Shown in pieces: positions 47,856 through 60,800 of a DNA stretch of 64,000 nt. A program made the position numbers and the translations under genes. The stretch is from Mustelus asterias (lineage: Eukaryota): assembly GCF_964213995.1 (NCBI RefSeq), contig NW_027591018.1:1-64000 (forward strand), given 5' to 3'. The first letter of the stretch is position 1. Every line of letters starts with the position of its first letter. A model generated the notes under the pieces. It did not search any database, was not told where the DNA came from, and worked only from the letters and a program-made list of their open reading frames with translations.

Positions 47856-50124
47856 TTTCACCCCCAGCGTTCCAGTCTGAGCTCCAGAAACGGAAACAAT
47901 GATCTCTCTCTGTACCGGACCTGGAATGTGAGAAGTTGAAAGAGTCAACAAGGTGTGGTGCGATTGGCTGGGGTTTATTTCCCCACCCATTTTTATATCT
48001 GCAAATAGTCACTCTCTGCAGAAGGCAACTGTGATGTTCGGTAAGTGATCAGAGAGCGCCCTCCCGTGGACATTACAACCGCATTGGGAACAGACGCAGA
48101 AACAAGAGCCCAGATATACACACGCCGAGAAATATAAAGACCCAGAAATACCCAGTGCAGCTACAACACGGACACGAGGGAATAGCCGCTCCACATCCAC
48201 ACTGTTAATACCCCTTATGGTTTCAAAGGTTTCAATGAAGTTATCTCTGAGTCTTCGAAACTCAAGTGGATACAAACCCAACATCAATATTCTTACCGCG
48301 GATACAGATAACCCGCACGTACCTGGATACTATTACAGCAAACCTTCTCTGAACGTTTTTTAACGCATTGCCATCTTTCTTTAGATAAGGAGATACGTAT
48401 TGTCCGCAATACTCCAGGTGTGGTCTCACCAATGCCCCGTACAACGGAAACATACCCTTCCTATTTTATAATAGATTCCCTCGCAGTAAATGATCATATT
48501 TTATGACGTTTTTAATTAATTACGATACCTGTACCTTAGCCCCTTTCGATTCGTGCCCTAGGACAGCCCAATCTCTCTGTACCTCAGAATTTTGTAATCT
48601 TTCACCGTTTAAATATTAAGTGTATTTTATATTCATCCTGCCAATAGGGGCATTTTCACATTTGACCACATTATACTCAATTTGGCGGAGCTTTGCCAAT
48701 TCACTTAACCTATTTATGTTTCTTTATCGTATCTTCACACGCACTTCATCATTTATCGTCCTACCTATCTTTGTGTTGTCTGCAAATTTAGCATCCATAT
48801 CTGCTCTGTAAATATTACAGTGTATTCTAACAATTAATGCAGTTCTCCTTGATTACTGCTCTGTGACATATCACTGTGTATTCCAACAAGCAATGCAGTT
48901 CTCTTAGATTTCTGCTCTGTAACATATCATTGTGTATTCCAACAATTAAAGCAGAGTTCTCCTGCATTACTGCTCTCTATCCTTCAACCGGGTAATTGAA
49001 TAATTCATCCTGTTCTCTTGGATTATGGCTCCCCAACATATCAATGTGTTATGGAACCTGCTCCTGAAACAGTGAACACAAAAACACGGTGAGGGATCGC
49101 CCTCTGGTGGTGATGTGAGGTAAATGGGAGATCAGTGAATTCTCAGATTACTGAAGGATCTTGTTGCAGGATTTTGCTGCTGTATTTTTTCTTGTTCTCA
49201 TGATTCTTGTTATAATATACTTAAATTCAGGTGGACCCATGCACGGAACTAATACGAACTTCAGTCTGAATCCTCATCAATTAATTGCTTTACCTGTTTT
49301 GAGTGTTCCAGGCCTTTCTGTTAAACTATACTCGTGTTACAACATTTGAAACCACAGCAATACTGCTAAGATTCGAACTCTCAATAAAGTTCTCTCCACA
49401 CATCGAAAGGATGTAAATTTGACTCCAACCTCACATTTATCTGACAGATTGTCGGATTTCAGTGCACCTGCTTCAAGTTTAAACTTTCCTCAGAGTTGTC
49501 ATGATGATATTTTGGCTAACACATCAGCTGTCCCCTCATGGGGCTTGGGGAATTTATTGAAATAGGAGACTGGGAGAAATTGCATGTTCTAAATTCTGCA
49601 CGTTGCTGGAAAACGGTTGAGGGAGAGAGGGGCTTTGAGACACAGAGAGAGGAGACAGACATTAGCCGCCAAAATATTGAGAGTGCAGGATGGACACCGA
49701 GGTGAACAGAGAACCAGAGGCGCAGAGAAAGACAGGCAGGGGCAGGTAAAGTTATTGGGCTACAACCAATGTTGTTCGGTGGCCAATTCTTGACAACACT
49801 GAGCAACAAGCCAATCCTGTCATTGGGTAACGCCTCTTAGTCTCCCAATAAATGAGGACTGCCCATGATATAAAATTACTTCTTCACATCAGAGTACAAG
49901 AGTTGACATAATTTTACAATTCTGCTGATTTTGTGGAATTCTTAAGCTGGAAGCATGTTCTCCCAATGTTCTTCACTGCTTTGTCTAGGAAACAATGACT
50001 GAACACAGGGGGTGAATGTGAGAAGCTGAAGTTTCCACTTGAAGACATTCCCAGTGTCTCTGAGCAGCTGAACTGGGGAAGCCTTTGGGCAGAGACTGTG
50101 CTGCTGCTATTGCCCTTCCTGGCC

Positions 50125-50450
50125 ACCAGGCGTCGCTGTAACGCTCCCCGGGGGGCTGCTCCTCCCAGTGTCACCTCTTGCCCACTCCGGCCCATGCTCG
50201 TTGGCGGGACAACAGGGGGGGGTCAGCCGAGGGGGCGGGGCGGCCTGTGCGCATGTGCGGGACGGGAATGCTCCCAGAGGTCAGCGCGCGGGGACGCCGC
50301 CGCATTGATGCCGTCTCCCCTGGCAACGCAAGATGGTGGCCGCCGTCTCCCTTGGCAACGGAATATGGCCGCTGGTCGTCTCCCTTGGCAACGGAAAATG
50401 GCCGCCGGCTGGGGGTGTCATTGCGGCGCGTGCGCAGTGAGGTCTGCCTG
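50125..50450. promoter_or_regulatory. CpG-island promoter-like element with 3 tandem RFX(X-box)+YY1-like units
   Basis: GC box gggggcggggc, NRF1-like tgcgcatgtgc, and 3 copies of gtctccc(c/t)tggcaac..a(a/t)atgg. Confidence 0.6.
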
Positions 50451-51067
50451 CAGCCATTGTCCAGATTGCCCCCAGTGGATGGGGTTGGGATTGTGCAGCA
50501 GATGGAGCAACAATCCCAGTTTCAATAGGGGGACAGAAGCTGCAATGCTGCCCCCTGTTGGTCACTTCTCCCAGTCTCAGCATTGCAGAGTGTTTAAACA
50601 AGAGTGCATTGTCACAGCAGCACCTTGACCTTCAGTTTCAGTTTATTTATTAGTGTCAGAAGTAGGCTTACATTAACACTACAATGAAGTTACTGTGAGA
50701 ATCCCCTAGTCGCCCACACTCCGGCGCCTGTTCGGGTTACACTGAGGGAGAATTTAGCACGGCCAATGCACCCTAACCGGCACATCTTTCAGACTGTGGG
50801 AGGAAACCGGAGCACCCGGAGGAAACCCACGCAGACACGGGGAGGGGACAGCCCGGGGGAAAGCTCCATTCCAACTGTCCCTGGAGTGTCAGATTAACCT
50901 GGGTCACTCACGCCCCCCCCCCCGGCTAAGACTCACCTCCCTCAGACAGTGAGACCCTCCTGTATCACTCACCTTACTGTAGTCAGATACCCTCAGACTC
51001 AGCACTGGGCCCTGGGCGTGTTCTTTAAATGCTGCGACCTATCGTGGAGGAAAGAATTGGGAGGATT

Positions 51068-52050
51068 TTGATTTGATTTATTATTGTCACATATATTGGG
51101 ATACAGTGAAAAGTATTGTTTCAAAGAAATCATAGAAACCCTACAGTGCGGAAGGAGGCCATTCGGCCCATCGAGTCTGCACCGACCACAGTCCCACCCA
51201 AGCCCTACCCCCACATATTTACTTGCTAATCCCTCCAACCTACGCATCTCAGGACTCTAAGGGGCAATTTTTTAACCTGGCCAATCAACCTAACTCGCAC
51301 ATCTTTGGACTGTGGGAGGAAACCGGAGCACCCGGAGGAAACCCACGCAGACACGAGGAGAATGTGCAAACTCCACACAGACAGTGACCCGCGCCAGGAA
51401 TCGAACCCGGGACCCTGGAGCTGTGAAGCAGCAGTGCTAACCACTGTGCTACCGTGCCGCCGTTTCTTGTATGCTGTACAGACAAAACATACCGTTCATA
51501 GAGTACATCGGGGAGAAGTAAAAGAGAGGGTGCAGAATGTAGTGTTGCAGTCATAGGTAGGGTGTAGAGAAAGATAAATCTAATATGTAGCAGGTCCATT
51601 CAAAAGTCTGAGGGCAGCAGGGAAGTTCTTGTGTCGGTTGGTACGTGATCTCAGACTTTGTATCTTTTTCCTGACGGAAGAAGGTGGAAGAGAGAATGTG
51701 TGCATGAGGTCCTTAATTATGCTGGCTGCTTTTCTAAGGCCGCGGGAAGTGTAGACAGAGTCAATGAATGGGAGGCTAGTCTGCGTGATGGACGGGGCTA
51801 CATTCACGACCTTTTGTAATTTCTTGCAGTCTTGGACAGAGCAGAAACCATACCAAGCCGTGACACAGAAAGGATGCTTTCTATGGTGCATCTGTAGAAG
51901 TTGGTGAGAGTCGTAGCTGACATGCCAAATTTCCTCAGCCTCCTGAGAAAGTAGACGTGTTGGTGGGCTTTCTCAATTATAGTGTCGGCATGGGGGGGAC
52001 CAGGACAGGTTGTTGGTGATCTGGACACCTAGAAACTTGAAGTTGAGACC
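51068..52050 (-). mobile_element. Rex1/Babar-type fragment with a nested HE1-like SINE (51123-51460)
   Basis: KAHQHVYFLRRLRKFGMSATTLTNFYRCTIESILS; SINE flanked by gtttc. Confidence 0.85.
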
Positions 52051-52134
52051 CAAATGACAAGTTGTCAGAGTGTCATAGATATTTACAGCATGGAAACAGG
52101 CCCTTTGGCCCAACTTGTCATGCTGCCTAATAAA

Positions 52135-53232
52135 TAACAAGATAGGAAACAGAGGGGAGATAGGAAACAGAGGGGAGGTGGAGATGGGCATTTCTCAGAC
52201 TGGAGACGAGTTGAAAGTGGTGTTCCCCAGGGATCAGTGTTGGGACCCTTGCTGTTTCTGATTTATATTAACAGCTTAGCGACGGGGGTTGAACGCACAA
52301 TCTCCAAATTTGCAGATGATGCTGAGCTCGGGAGAAGAGTGAATTGTGAGGATGACACTGAGCGACTTCAGAGGGACGTGGACAAGTTGGCCAAATGGGC
52401 AGACCACCTGGCAGATGAATTTCAATGCAGCGAAATGGGAGGGAATGCATTTTGGTGGAAGAAACATGGGGAGACGATACAGACTCAATGGTACAATGTT
52501 GAGGGGACTACAGGAGCAGATGGGCCTTGGGTTTCAAGTGATTCATTCTCTGAAGGTGGCCAGGCAAGATGAAACAGTTGTTAAGGAGCCTGATAGGATC
52601 CTTGGGTTTATAAAGAGAGGCATAGAGTATAAAAGCAAGGAAGTGATGCTACACCTCTACAAATCATTGGACAGATCACATTCGGAGCACTGGGATCAGT
52701 TCTGGGCACCTTATTTAAGGAAGGACGTTAAAGTCCTCGAGAGAGGCAGAGAGAGAGAGAGAGTGCAAAGGAGATTCACTAGAATGATTCCAGGAATGAG
52801 AGATTTTAGATCCACGGAAAGATGAGAGAAATTGGCCTTATTCTCCTTGGAGCAGAGAAGATTAAGAGGTGACCTTATCGAAGTGTTCAGAATGATGAAC
52901 AATGTTGACAGGGTGAAGAAGGATATTCTGTTTCCACTCGTTGGTGTGTCAGTGACGAAGGGGTCACAATTTCAAGATGGTCAGAAAGGGAGCTGGGAGT
53001 GAGATGAGGAGAAACTTCTTTACTCGGAGAGTTGTTGGGATTTGGAATGCGCTGCCTGGGAGAGAGGTGGAGGCAGATTCCATAGGAGGATTCAAAAGAG
53101 AGGCGGATACATATTTGAAAGTGATTGATTTAGGGGGCTGAGGAGACAGGGCTGGAGAATGGGGCTCGCTGGGTGGCTCTTCCGGGATCGGGGCAGACAT
53201 GATGGGCCGAATGGCCTCCTGCTGTTCTGTGA
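52135..53232 (+). mobile_element. Degenerate CR1 3' portion
   Basis: SGVPQGSVLGPLLF, KFADDA and VQRRFTRMIPG motifs. Confidence 0.88.
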
Positions 53233-53741
53233 TTCGAGAACACCCTTTGTGTGAAGAAGTGTTCCTTAATTTCACTTTGAAAGGGTTTCAGAATATTTTT
53301 AATATTTCAGACACTCCACCCCCTCTCTTGCCTCCCTCCCTGTCCTTCCTGAAACATCTGAATCCCGGCACCTGGAGTATCCAGTCTGTCCCTGAGACAT
53401 CCAAGTCTCCGTAATGGCCACCACATCACACTTTCAGGCATCGATCCACGCTCTGAGCTCATCCCCTTTACTCACTATACTCCTGGCATTAAAGTAAACA
53501 CATCTCAATCCTTAGGTCTGAGCTCTCCCCTTCTCTATTCCCTGTCCATCCGCCCTCTTGCACTGCCCATAACCCTTCTCTGCTTGCGAGCTACCTTCCT
53601 CACTCTCAGTCACCTCATTTTTATCCCCTCCCCACAACCTATCTAGTTTAAACTACGGGGTCCTGATGGTTTGAGTTATAATGAGAGGCTGGATAGTCTG
53701 GGACTTTTTTCCCTTGAGTAGGCTTAGGGGTGGCCTTGTAG

Positions 53742-54093
53742 AGGGCGGCACGGTAGCACAGTGGTTAGCACTGCTGCTTCACAGCTCCAGGGTCCCGGGT
53801 TCGATTCCCGGCTCGGGTCACTGTCTGTGTGGAGTTTGCACATTCTCCTCGTGTCTGCGTGGGTTTCCTCCGGGTGCTCCGGTTTCCTCCCACAGTCCAA
53901 AGATGTGCGGGTTAGGTTGATTGGCCAGGTTAAAAAAAAAAAAATTGCCCCTTAGAGTCCTGGGATGCGTAGGTTAGAGGGATTAGCGGGTAAATATGTG
54001 GGGGTAGGGCCTGGGTGGGATTGTGGTCGGTGCAGACTCGATGGGCCGAATGGCCTCCTTCTGCACTGTAGGGTTTCTATTCTATTCTATTCT
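53742..54093 (+). mobile_element. HE1-like SINE
   Basis: Complete copy with (ttcta)n tail. Confidence 0.92.
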
Positions 54094-54109
54094 AAAATAA
54101 TGAGGGCAT

Positions 54110-54660
54110 GGATATAGCAGCTTTATAGAATCTCAGTTCGGCCGCACTTGGAATATCGTGTTCAATTCTGGTCGACACACTACCAGAAGGATGTGGAAGC
54201 TTTGGAGAGGGTACAGAAAAGATTTACCAGGATGTTGCCTCTGGTATGGAGGGCATTAGCTATGAGGAGAGGTTGGAGAAACTTGATTTGTTCTCACTGG
54301 AACGACGGAGGTTGAGGGCGAGGGCGGGGGCGGGGGGGGGGGGGGGGGAGAGAGAGAGAGAGACCTGATGGAAGTATACAAGATTATGAGGAGTATGGAC
54401 AGAGTGGATAGTCAGAAGCTTTCTCCGAGGGTGCAAGTGTCAATTACTCGGGGGCACAGGTTTATGGTGCTCGGGGCAAGGTTGAAAGGAGATGTACGAG
54501 GCAAGTTTTTTACACAGAGAGTGGTGGGTGCCTGGAACCCGCTGCCGGGGGAGGTAGTGGAAGCAGATACGATAGTGAGTTTTATGGAGCGTCTGGACAA
54601 ATACATGAATAGGATGGGAATAGAGGGATATGGTCCCCGGAAGGGAAGGGGGTTTTAGTT
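54110..54660 (+). mobile_element. CR1 3' fragment
   Basis: KFFTQRVVGAWNPLP..YGPRKGRGF*, same family as 8962-9330. Confidence 0.88.
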
Positions 54661-56486
54661 CAAGATAGGAAACAGAGGGGAGGTTATTTACAAACCCAAC
54701 ATCAATATTCTTACCGCGGATACAGATAACCCGCACGTACCTGGATACTATTACAGCAAACCTTCTCTGAACGTTTTTTAACGCATTACCATCTTTCTTT
54801 AGATAAGGAGATACGTATTGTCCGCAATACTCCAGGTGAGGTCTCACCAATGCCCCGTACAACGGAAACATACCCTTCCTATTTTATAATAGATCCCCTC
54901 GTAGTGAATGATCATATTTTATGACGTTTTTAATTAATTACTATACCTGTACCTTAGCCCCTTTCGATTCGTGCCCTAGGACAGCCCAATCCCTCTGTAC
55001 CTCAGAATTTTGTAATCTTTCACCGTTTAAATATTAAGTGTATTTTATATTCATCCTGCCAATATGGACATTTCCACATTTGACCACATTCTACTCAATT
55101 TGGCGGAGCTTTGCCAATTCACTTAACCTACTTATGTTTCTTTATCGTATCCTTACACGCACTTTATCATTTATCTTCCTACCTATCTTTGTGTTGTCTG
55201 CAAATTTAGCATCCATATCTGCTCTGTAAATATTACAGTGTATTCTAACAATTAATCCAGTTCTCCTTGATTACTGCTCTGCTACATATCATCGTGTATT
55301 CCAACAATTAAAGCAGAGTTCTCCTGCATTACTGCTCTCTATCCTTTAACCGTGTAATTGAATAATTCATCCTGTTCTCTTGGATTATGGCTCCCCAACA
55401 TATCCATGTGTTATGGAACCCGCTCCTGAAACAGTGAACACAAAAACACGGTGAGGGATCGCCCTCTGGTGGTGATGTGAGGTAAATGGGAGATCAGTGA
55501 ATTCTCAGATTACTGGAAGATCTTGTTGCAGGATTTTGCTGCTGTATTTTTTCTTGTTCTCATGATTCTTATTATAATATACTTAAATTCAGGTGGACTC
55601 ATGCACGGAACTAATACGAACTTCAGTCTGAATCCTCATCAATTAATTGCTTTATCTGTTTTGAATGTTCCAGGCCTTTCTGTTAAACTATATTCGTGTT
55701 ACAAAATTTGAAACCACAGCAATACTGCTAAGATTCGATCTCTTATTAAAGTTCTCTCCACACATCGAAAGGATGTAAATTTGACTCCAACCTCACATTT
55801 ATCTGACAGATTGTCGGATTTCAGTGCACCTGCTTCAATTTTAAACTTTCCTCAGAGTTGTCATGATGATATTTTGGCTAACATATCAGCTGTCCCCTAA
55901 TGGGGCTTGGGGAATTTATTGAAATAGGAGACTGGGAGAAATTGCATGTTCTAAATTCTGCACGTTGCTGGAAAACGGTTGAGGGAGAGAGGGGCTTTGA
56001 GACACAGAGAGAGGAGACAGACATTAGCCACCAAAATATTGAGAGTGCAGGATGGACACCGAGGTGAACAGAGACCCAGAGGCGCAGAGAAAGACAGGCA
56101 GGGGCAGGTAAAGTTATTGGGCTACAACCAATGTTGTTCGGTGGCCAATTCTTGACAACACTGAGCAACAAGCCAATCCTGTCATTGGGTAACGCCTCTT
56201 AGTCCCCCAATAAATGAGGACTGCCCATGATATAAAATTACTTCTTCACATCAGAGTACAAGAGTTGACATAATTTTACAATTCTGCTGATTTTGTGGAA
56301 TTCTTAAGCTGGAAGCATGTTCTCCCAATGTTCTTCACTACTTTGTCTAGGAAACAATGACTGAACACAGGGGGTGAATGTGAGAAGCTGAAGTTTCCAC
56401 TTGAAGACATTCCCAGTGTCTCTGAGCAGCTGAACTGGGGAAGCCTTTGGGCAGAGACTGTGCTGCTGCTATTGCCCTTCCTGGCC

Positions 56487-56815
56487 ACCAGGCGTCGCTG
56501 TAACGCTCCCCGGGGGGCTGCTCCTCCCAGTGTCACCTCTTGCCCACTCCGGCCCATGCTCGTTGGCGGGACAACAGGGGGGGGGGTCAGTCGAGGGGGC
56601 GGGGCGGCCTGTGCGCATGTGCGGGACGGGAATGCTCCCAGAGGTCAGCGCGCGGGGACGCCGCCGCATTGATGCCGTCTCCCCTGGCAACGCAAGATGG
56701 TGGCCGCCGTCTCCCTTGGCAACGGAATAGGGCCGCTGGCCGTCTCCCTTGGCAACGCAAGATGGCCGCCGGCGGTGGGTGTCATTGCGGCGCACGCGCA
56801 GTGAGGTCTGTCTGC
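56487..56815. promoter_or_regulatory. Duplicate CpG-island promoter-like element
   Basis: Copy of 50125-50450. Confidence 0.6.
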
Positions 56816-58114
56816 AGCCATTGTCCAGATTGCCCCCAGTGGATGGGGTTGGGATTGTGCAGCAGATGGAGCAACAATCCCAGTTTCAATAGGGGGACAG
56901 AAGCTGCAATGCTGCCCCCTGGTGGTCACTTCTCCCAGTCTCAGCATTGCAGAGTGTTTAAACAAGAGTGCATTGTCACAGCAGCACCTTGACCTTCAGT
57001 TTCAGTTTATTTATTAGTGTCAGAAGTAGGCTTACATTAACACTACAATGAAGTTACTGTGAGAATCCCCTAGTCGCCCACACTCCGGCGCCTGTTCGGG
57101 TTACACTGAGGGGGAATTTAGCACGGCCAATGCACCCTAACCAGCACATCTTTCAGACTGTGGGAGGAAACCGGAGCACCCGGAGGAAACCCACACAAAA
57201 TGTAAAGATTTCAGAACAAAACCAGACAGAGAGTGATGAGGCCTCACACCTTCAATGTAGTGATTCCCCCAATCTTTCCTTTTGTATATTGTTTCCTTCG
57301 TCTGTCTGAAGTATTGGAGACGTCGACATCACTGAAACAATACAATCTCTCGGGACAATCACTGTAAACAGCTTCTGGAAACAAATTAACACTTTAATCA
57401 CCCAAAAAGCTGAATGTCCATTCAAACACCTCCCTCCCCATATCCTTGTAAATGCAAAGATAACTCCCATTTCCCCAAAGCAGGAAGATGTGAAATGGAA
57501 ACATCTTCAGCTTTTTACACACTGCACTTTTCCACGGACCAAAATGTTTCAAAACATTTGCTGAAGTTTTGTTTTAAACTCTTTATCAATGTCCTTCCAG
57601 GTTTAGTGTGAAGGTTTGTGTTCCACACTGAGCCCCTCTCAGTCTCCACACGGAGCTTGTGTGTGTGCTGATGCTCCTGTCATTTTGGATGGATACTGTG
57701 TGAAGCTGCATTCTCTCCCAGTGAGTTTCTGATGTACTTCACTCTCTCTGCGGCTGGAGCAATGTCCAGCAGGCAGCAGAGGATGGCAGTGTATCACTGT
57801 CAGCACAATATAGACAAACAGCCTTTAGCAAGAGAGGCTTTGACCCGTTTTCAAACCAAATCCCCAATTTGATGTTTCCAGCTGCGCTGTTTACAATGCT
57901 GCTGAATATTGTGTGTCTTTGGTAAACTGGGATGTGTAGCATTCAGTCACATTAAGTGGTCAATAAATATGTCCACACTGTGTATATCTTTCTGTGTGTG
58001 TGTGTCAGCGTGCATGTGTGTCAATGTATTTAAATCTCAAAGGAAAATAGGAGCAGGTGTAGGCCATTTGGCCCATCGATCCTGCACCAGCATTCAAACA
58101 GATCATGGTGCACG

Positions 58115-58330
58115 TACGCACACAAAACACGCACACACCAACACACACAAAACACGCACACAGCAACACACACAAAACACGCACACACCAACACACACAA
58201 AGCACGCACACACACAAAACACACACACACAAGCACACATAAAACACGCACAAAAAGCACACACACAAATCACACACACAAACAATAAACGCACACACAC
58301 ACAAACACACACACACGCATCAAACACACA
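58115..58330. repeat. CA-rich low-complexity repeat
   Basis: Directly visible. Confidence 0.9.
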
Positions 58331-58640
58331 GTTAGCACTGCTGCCTCACAGTGCCAGGGACCCGGGTTCGATTCCCGGCTTGGGTCACTGTCTGTGCGGA
58401 GTTTGCACGTTCTCCCCGTGTCTGTGTGGGTTTCCTCCGGGTGCTCCGGTTTCCTCCCACAGTCTGAAAGACGTTCTGGTTCGGGTGCATTGGCCGTGCT
58501 AAATTGTCCCTCCGCGTCAGGGAGACGAGCTCGGGTAAATGCATGGGGTAATGGGGATAGGGCCTGGGTGGGATTGTGATCGGTGCAGACTCAATGAGCC
58601 AAATGGCCTCCTTCTGCACTGCAGGAGTCTAGGATTCTAT
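58331..58640 (+). mobile_element. HE1-like SINE (5' clipped)
   Basis: B box, core and tail. Confidence 0.88.
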
Positions 58641-59002
58641 GAAAACACAGAGAAACAGATATTCTCACCCAGTAACACTCAGACGCACACAGTAATAAAC
58701 ACANNNNNNNNNNNNNNNNNNNNNNNNNNNNNNNNNNNNNNNNNNNNNNNNNNNNNNNNNNNNNNNNNNNNNNNNNNNNNNNNNNNNNNNNNNNNNNNNN
58801 NNNNNNNNNNNNNNNNNNNNNNNNNNNNNNNNNNACACAATCGATTTGTGTCTTGAACATGCTGAATGATTGGGCTTCCACATCCCCCTGGAATAGAAAA
58901 TTCCAAAGATTCACCACCCTCTGAGTGAAGAAATTCCTCCTCACCTCAGTCTTCAATGGTCTGCCCCTGATTCTGAGATTGTGTCCCCTGGTTCTAGTCT
59001 CA

Positions 59003-59735
59003 CTGCCCGAAACCTCTCTCGGTTATTACAATCTGGGCCTTGTATCAGTAATCTCTGCCCGAAACCTCTCTCGGTTATTACAATATGGGCCTTGTATCAG
59101 TAATCTCTGCCCTACAACTCTCTCAGTTATTACAATCTGGGCCTTGATTCAGTAAACTCTGCCCTAAACCTCTCTCAGTTATTACAATCTGGGCCTTGTA
59201 TCAGTAAACTCTGCCCTAAACATCTCTCAGTTATTACAACCTGGGACTTATATCAGTAAACTCTGCCCGAAACCTCTCTCAGTGATTACAATCTGGGACT
59301 TGTATCAGTAATCTCTGCCATAAACCTCTCTCAGTTATTACAATATGGGCACTGTGTCAGTAATCTCTGCCCTACAACTCTCTCAGTTATTACAATCTGG
59401 GCCTTGATTCAGCAAACTTTGCCCTAAACCTCTCTGTTATTACAATCTGGGCCTGGTATCAGTAATCTCTGCCCTAAACCTCTCTCAGTCATTACAATCT
59501 GGGCTTTGTATCAGTAATCTCTGCCCTAAACCACTCTCAGTTATTACAATCTGGGTCTGGTATCAGTAATCTCTGCCCGATACCTCTCTCAGTTATTACA
59601 ATCTGGGCCTTGATTCAGCAAACTCTGCCCTAAACCTCTCTCAGTTATTACAGTCTGGGCCTGGTGTCAGTAATCTCTGCCCTAAACCTCCCTCTGTTAT
59701 TACAATCTGGGTCTTGTATCAGTAATCTCTGCCCT
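59003..59735. repeat. 52-bp minisatellite, about 14 copies
   Basis: Unit ctgccctaaacctctctcagttattacaatctgggccttgtatcagtaatct; starts at 59003, 59055, ... Confidence 0.95.
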
Positions 59736-60507
59736 TCAGCTGATTGGAGAATATCATTGTGAATATTAGTGTGTTTGGGATGTAATATTTTCCTGCTGTT
59801 GCCAATATGGCTGTTTTTAACATAGTTTCTGGGATCCTCCAGTCTCCCCTCAGCAGCTTTCTGGGCAGTGAGAGGTGACACACCGTTCACTAGCAGAGGG
59901 AGTTTTTGGTCCTGTCGCTGTCAATGGGATTTCCCATTGAAGTCACCTCACGCTAGCAGGAAACCAGAGGCAGGGGAACGAGAGCAGAGAATTCCCCACG
60001 AGTGAACAGCCGGAGAATCCCGGACAGTCGCTCCTTTCCCAGTTATCACTGCACTCAACCCAGTCGCTGTTTATACGCTCAGTTGTCTCAGTGAATACTA
60101 CATTACACCATGCTGCTGTGGACACTACAATCAACCCTTTTTGAGTTCTCACTGTATTAATACCATGTATGGATTGATATTTCATTGGACAATGTGCTGG
60201 GTTAGATGAATATTTATTGATTCTTGTGATGTGGGTGTCACTGGCTAGGTCAGCATTTATTGCCCATTCCTAGTTGCCCTGGAGGAGGTGGTGGTGAGCT
60301 GCCGTCTTGAACCCGCTGCTGTCTATGTGGTGTAGGTACACCCACAGTGCTGTTAGGGAGGGAACCTGCTTAAATTATCACTGCATTTAACCATGTCACT
60401 CTTTATAAAAAATAAACTAGACCATGTCTGGGTAATGAATGTGGAGCATGTCTCCATTTCTCTTTACCTCAGCACTGTATCTGTGTATGTAACACTTTAT
60501 ACAGTTT

Positions 60508-60800
60508 CAATGTTATTTATTAGTGTCACAAGAAGGCTTACATTAACACTGCAATGAAGTTGCTGTGAAAATCCCCTAGTTGCCACACTCCGGCGCTGTT
60601 CGGCTTCACTGAGGGAGAATTTAGCATGGCCAATCCACCGAACAGCATGTCTTTCAGACTGTGGGAGGAAACCAGAACACTCGGAGGAAACCCAGACACG
60701 GGGAGAACATACAGACTCCACACAGACAGTGACGCAAGTCGGGAATCGAACCCCGGTCCCTGGCGCTGAGAGGCTGCAGTGCTAACCACTGCACCACCCC
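60508..60800 (-). mobile_element. HE1-like SINE, variant tail (gtaagcct(a/t)cttgtgacactaataaa)
   Basis: Same variant as 21762, 50640 and 56998. Confidence 0.85.

Larger units (their letters stand above)
48271..57195 (+). repeat. About 2.5-kb segmental duplication (48271-50830 and 54689-57195)
   Basis: Near-identical old CR1 (-), unique sequence, CpG island and SINE; the offset shifts from 6418 to 6362 by loss of one ~56-bp repeat unit. Confidence 0.95.

Noticed and set aside
50098-50628. 176-aa and overlapping GC-rich ORFs (also 56460-56992)
   Set aside because: Stop-poor CpG island; the frame is not preserved between the two duplicates (indel in a G run)
57909-58502. 197-aa His/Thr-rich ORF
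   Set aside because: CA-rich low-complexity sequence plus SINE
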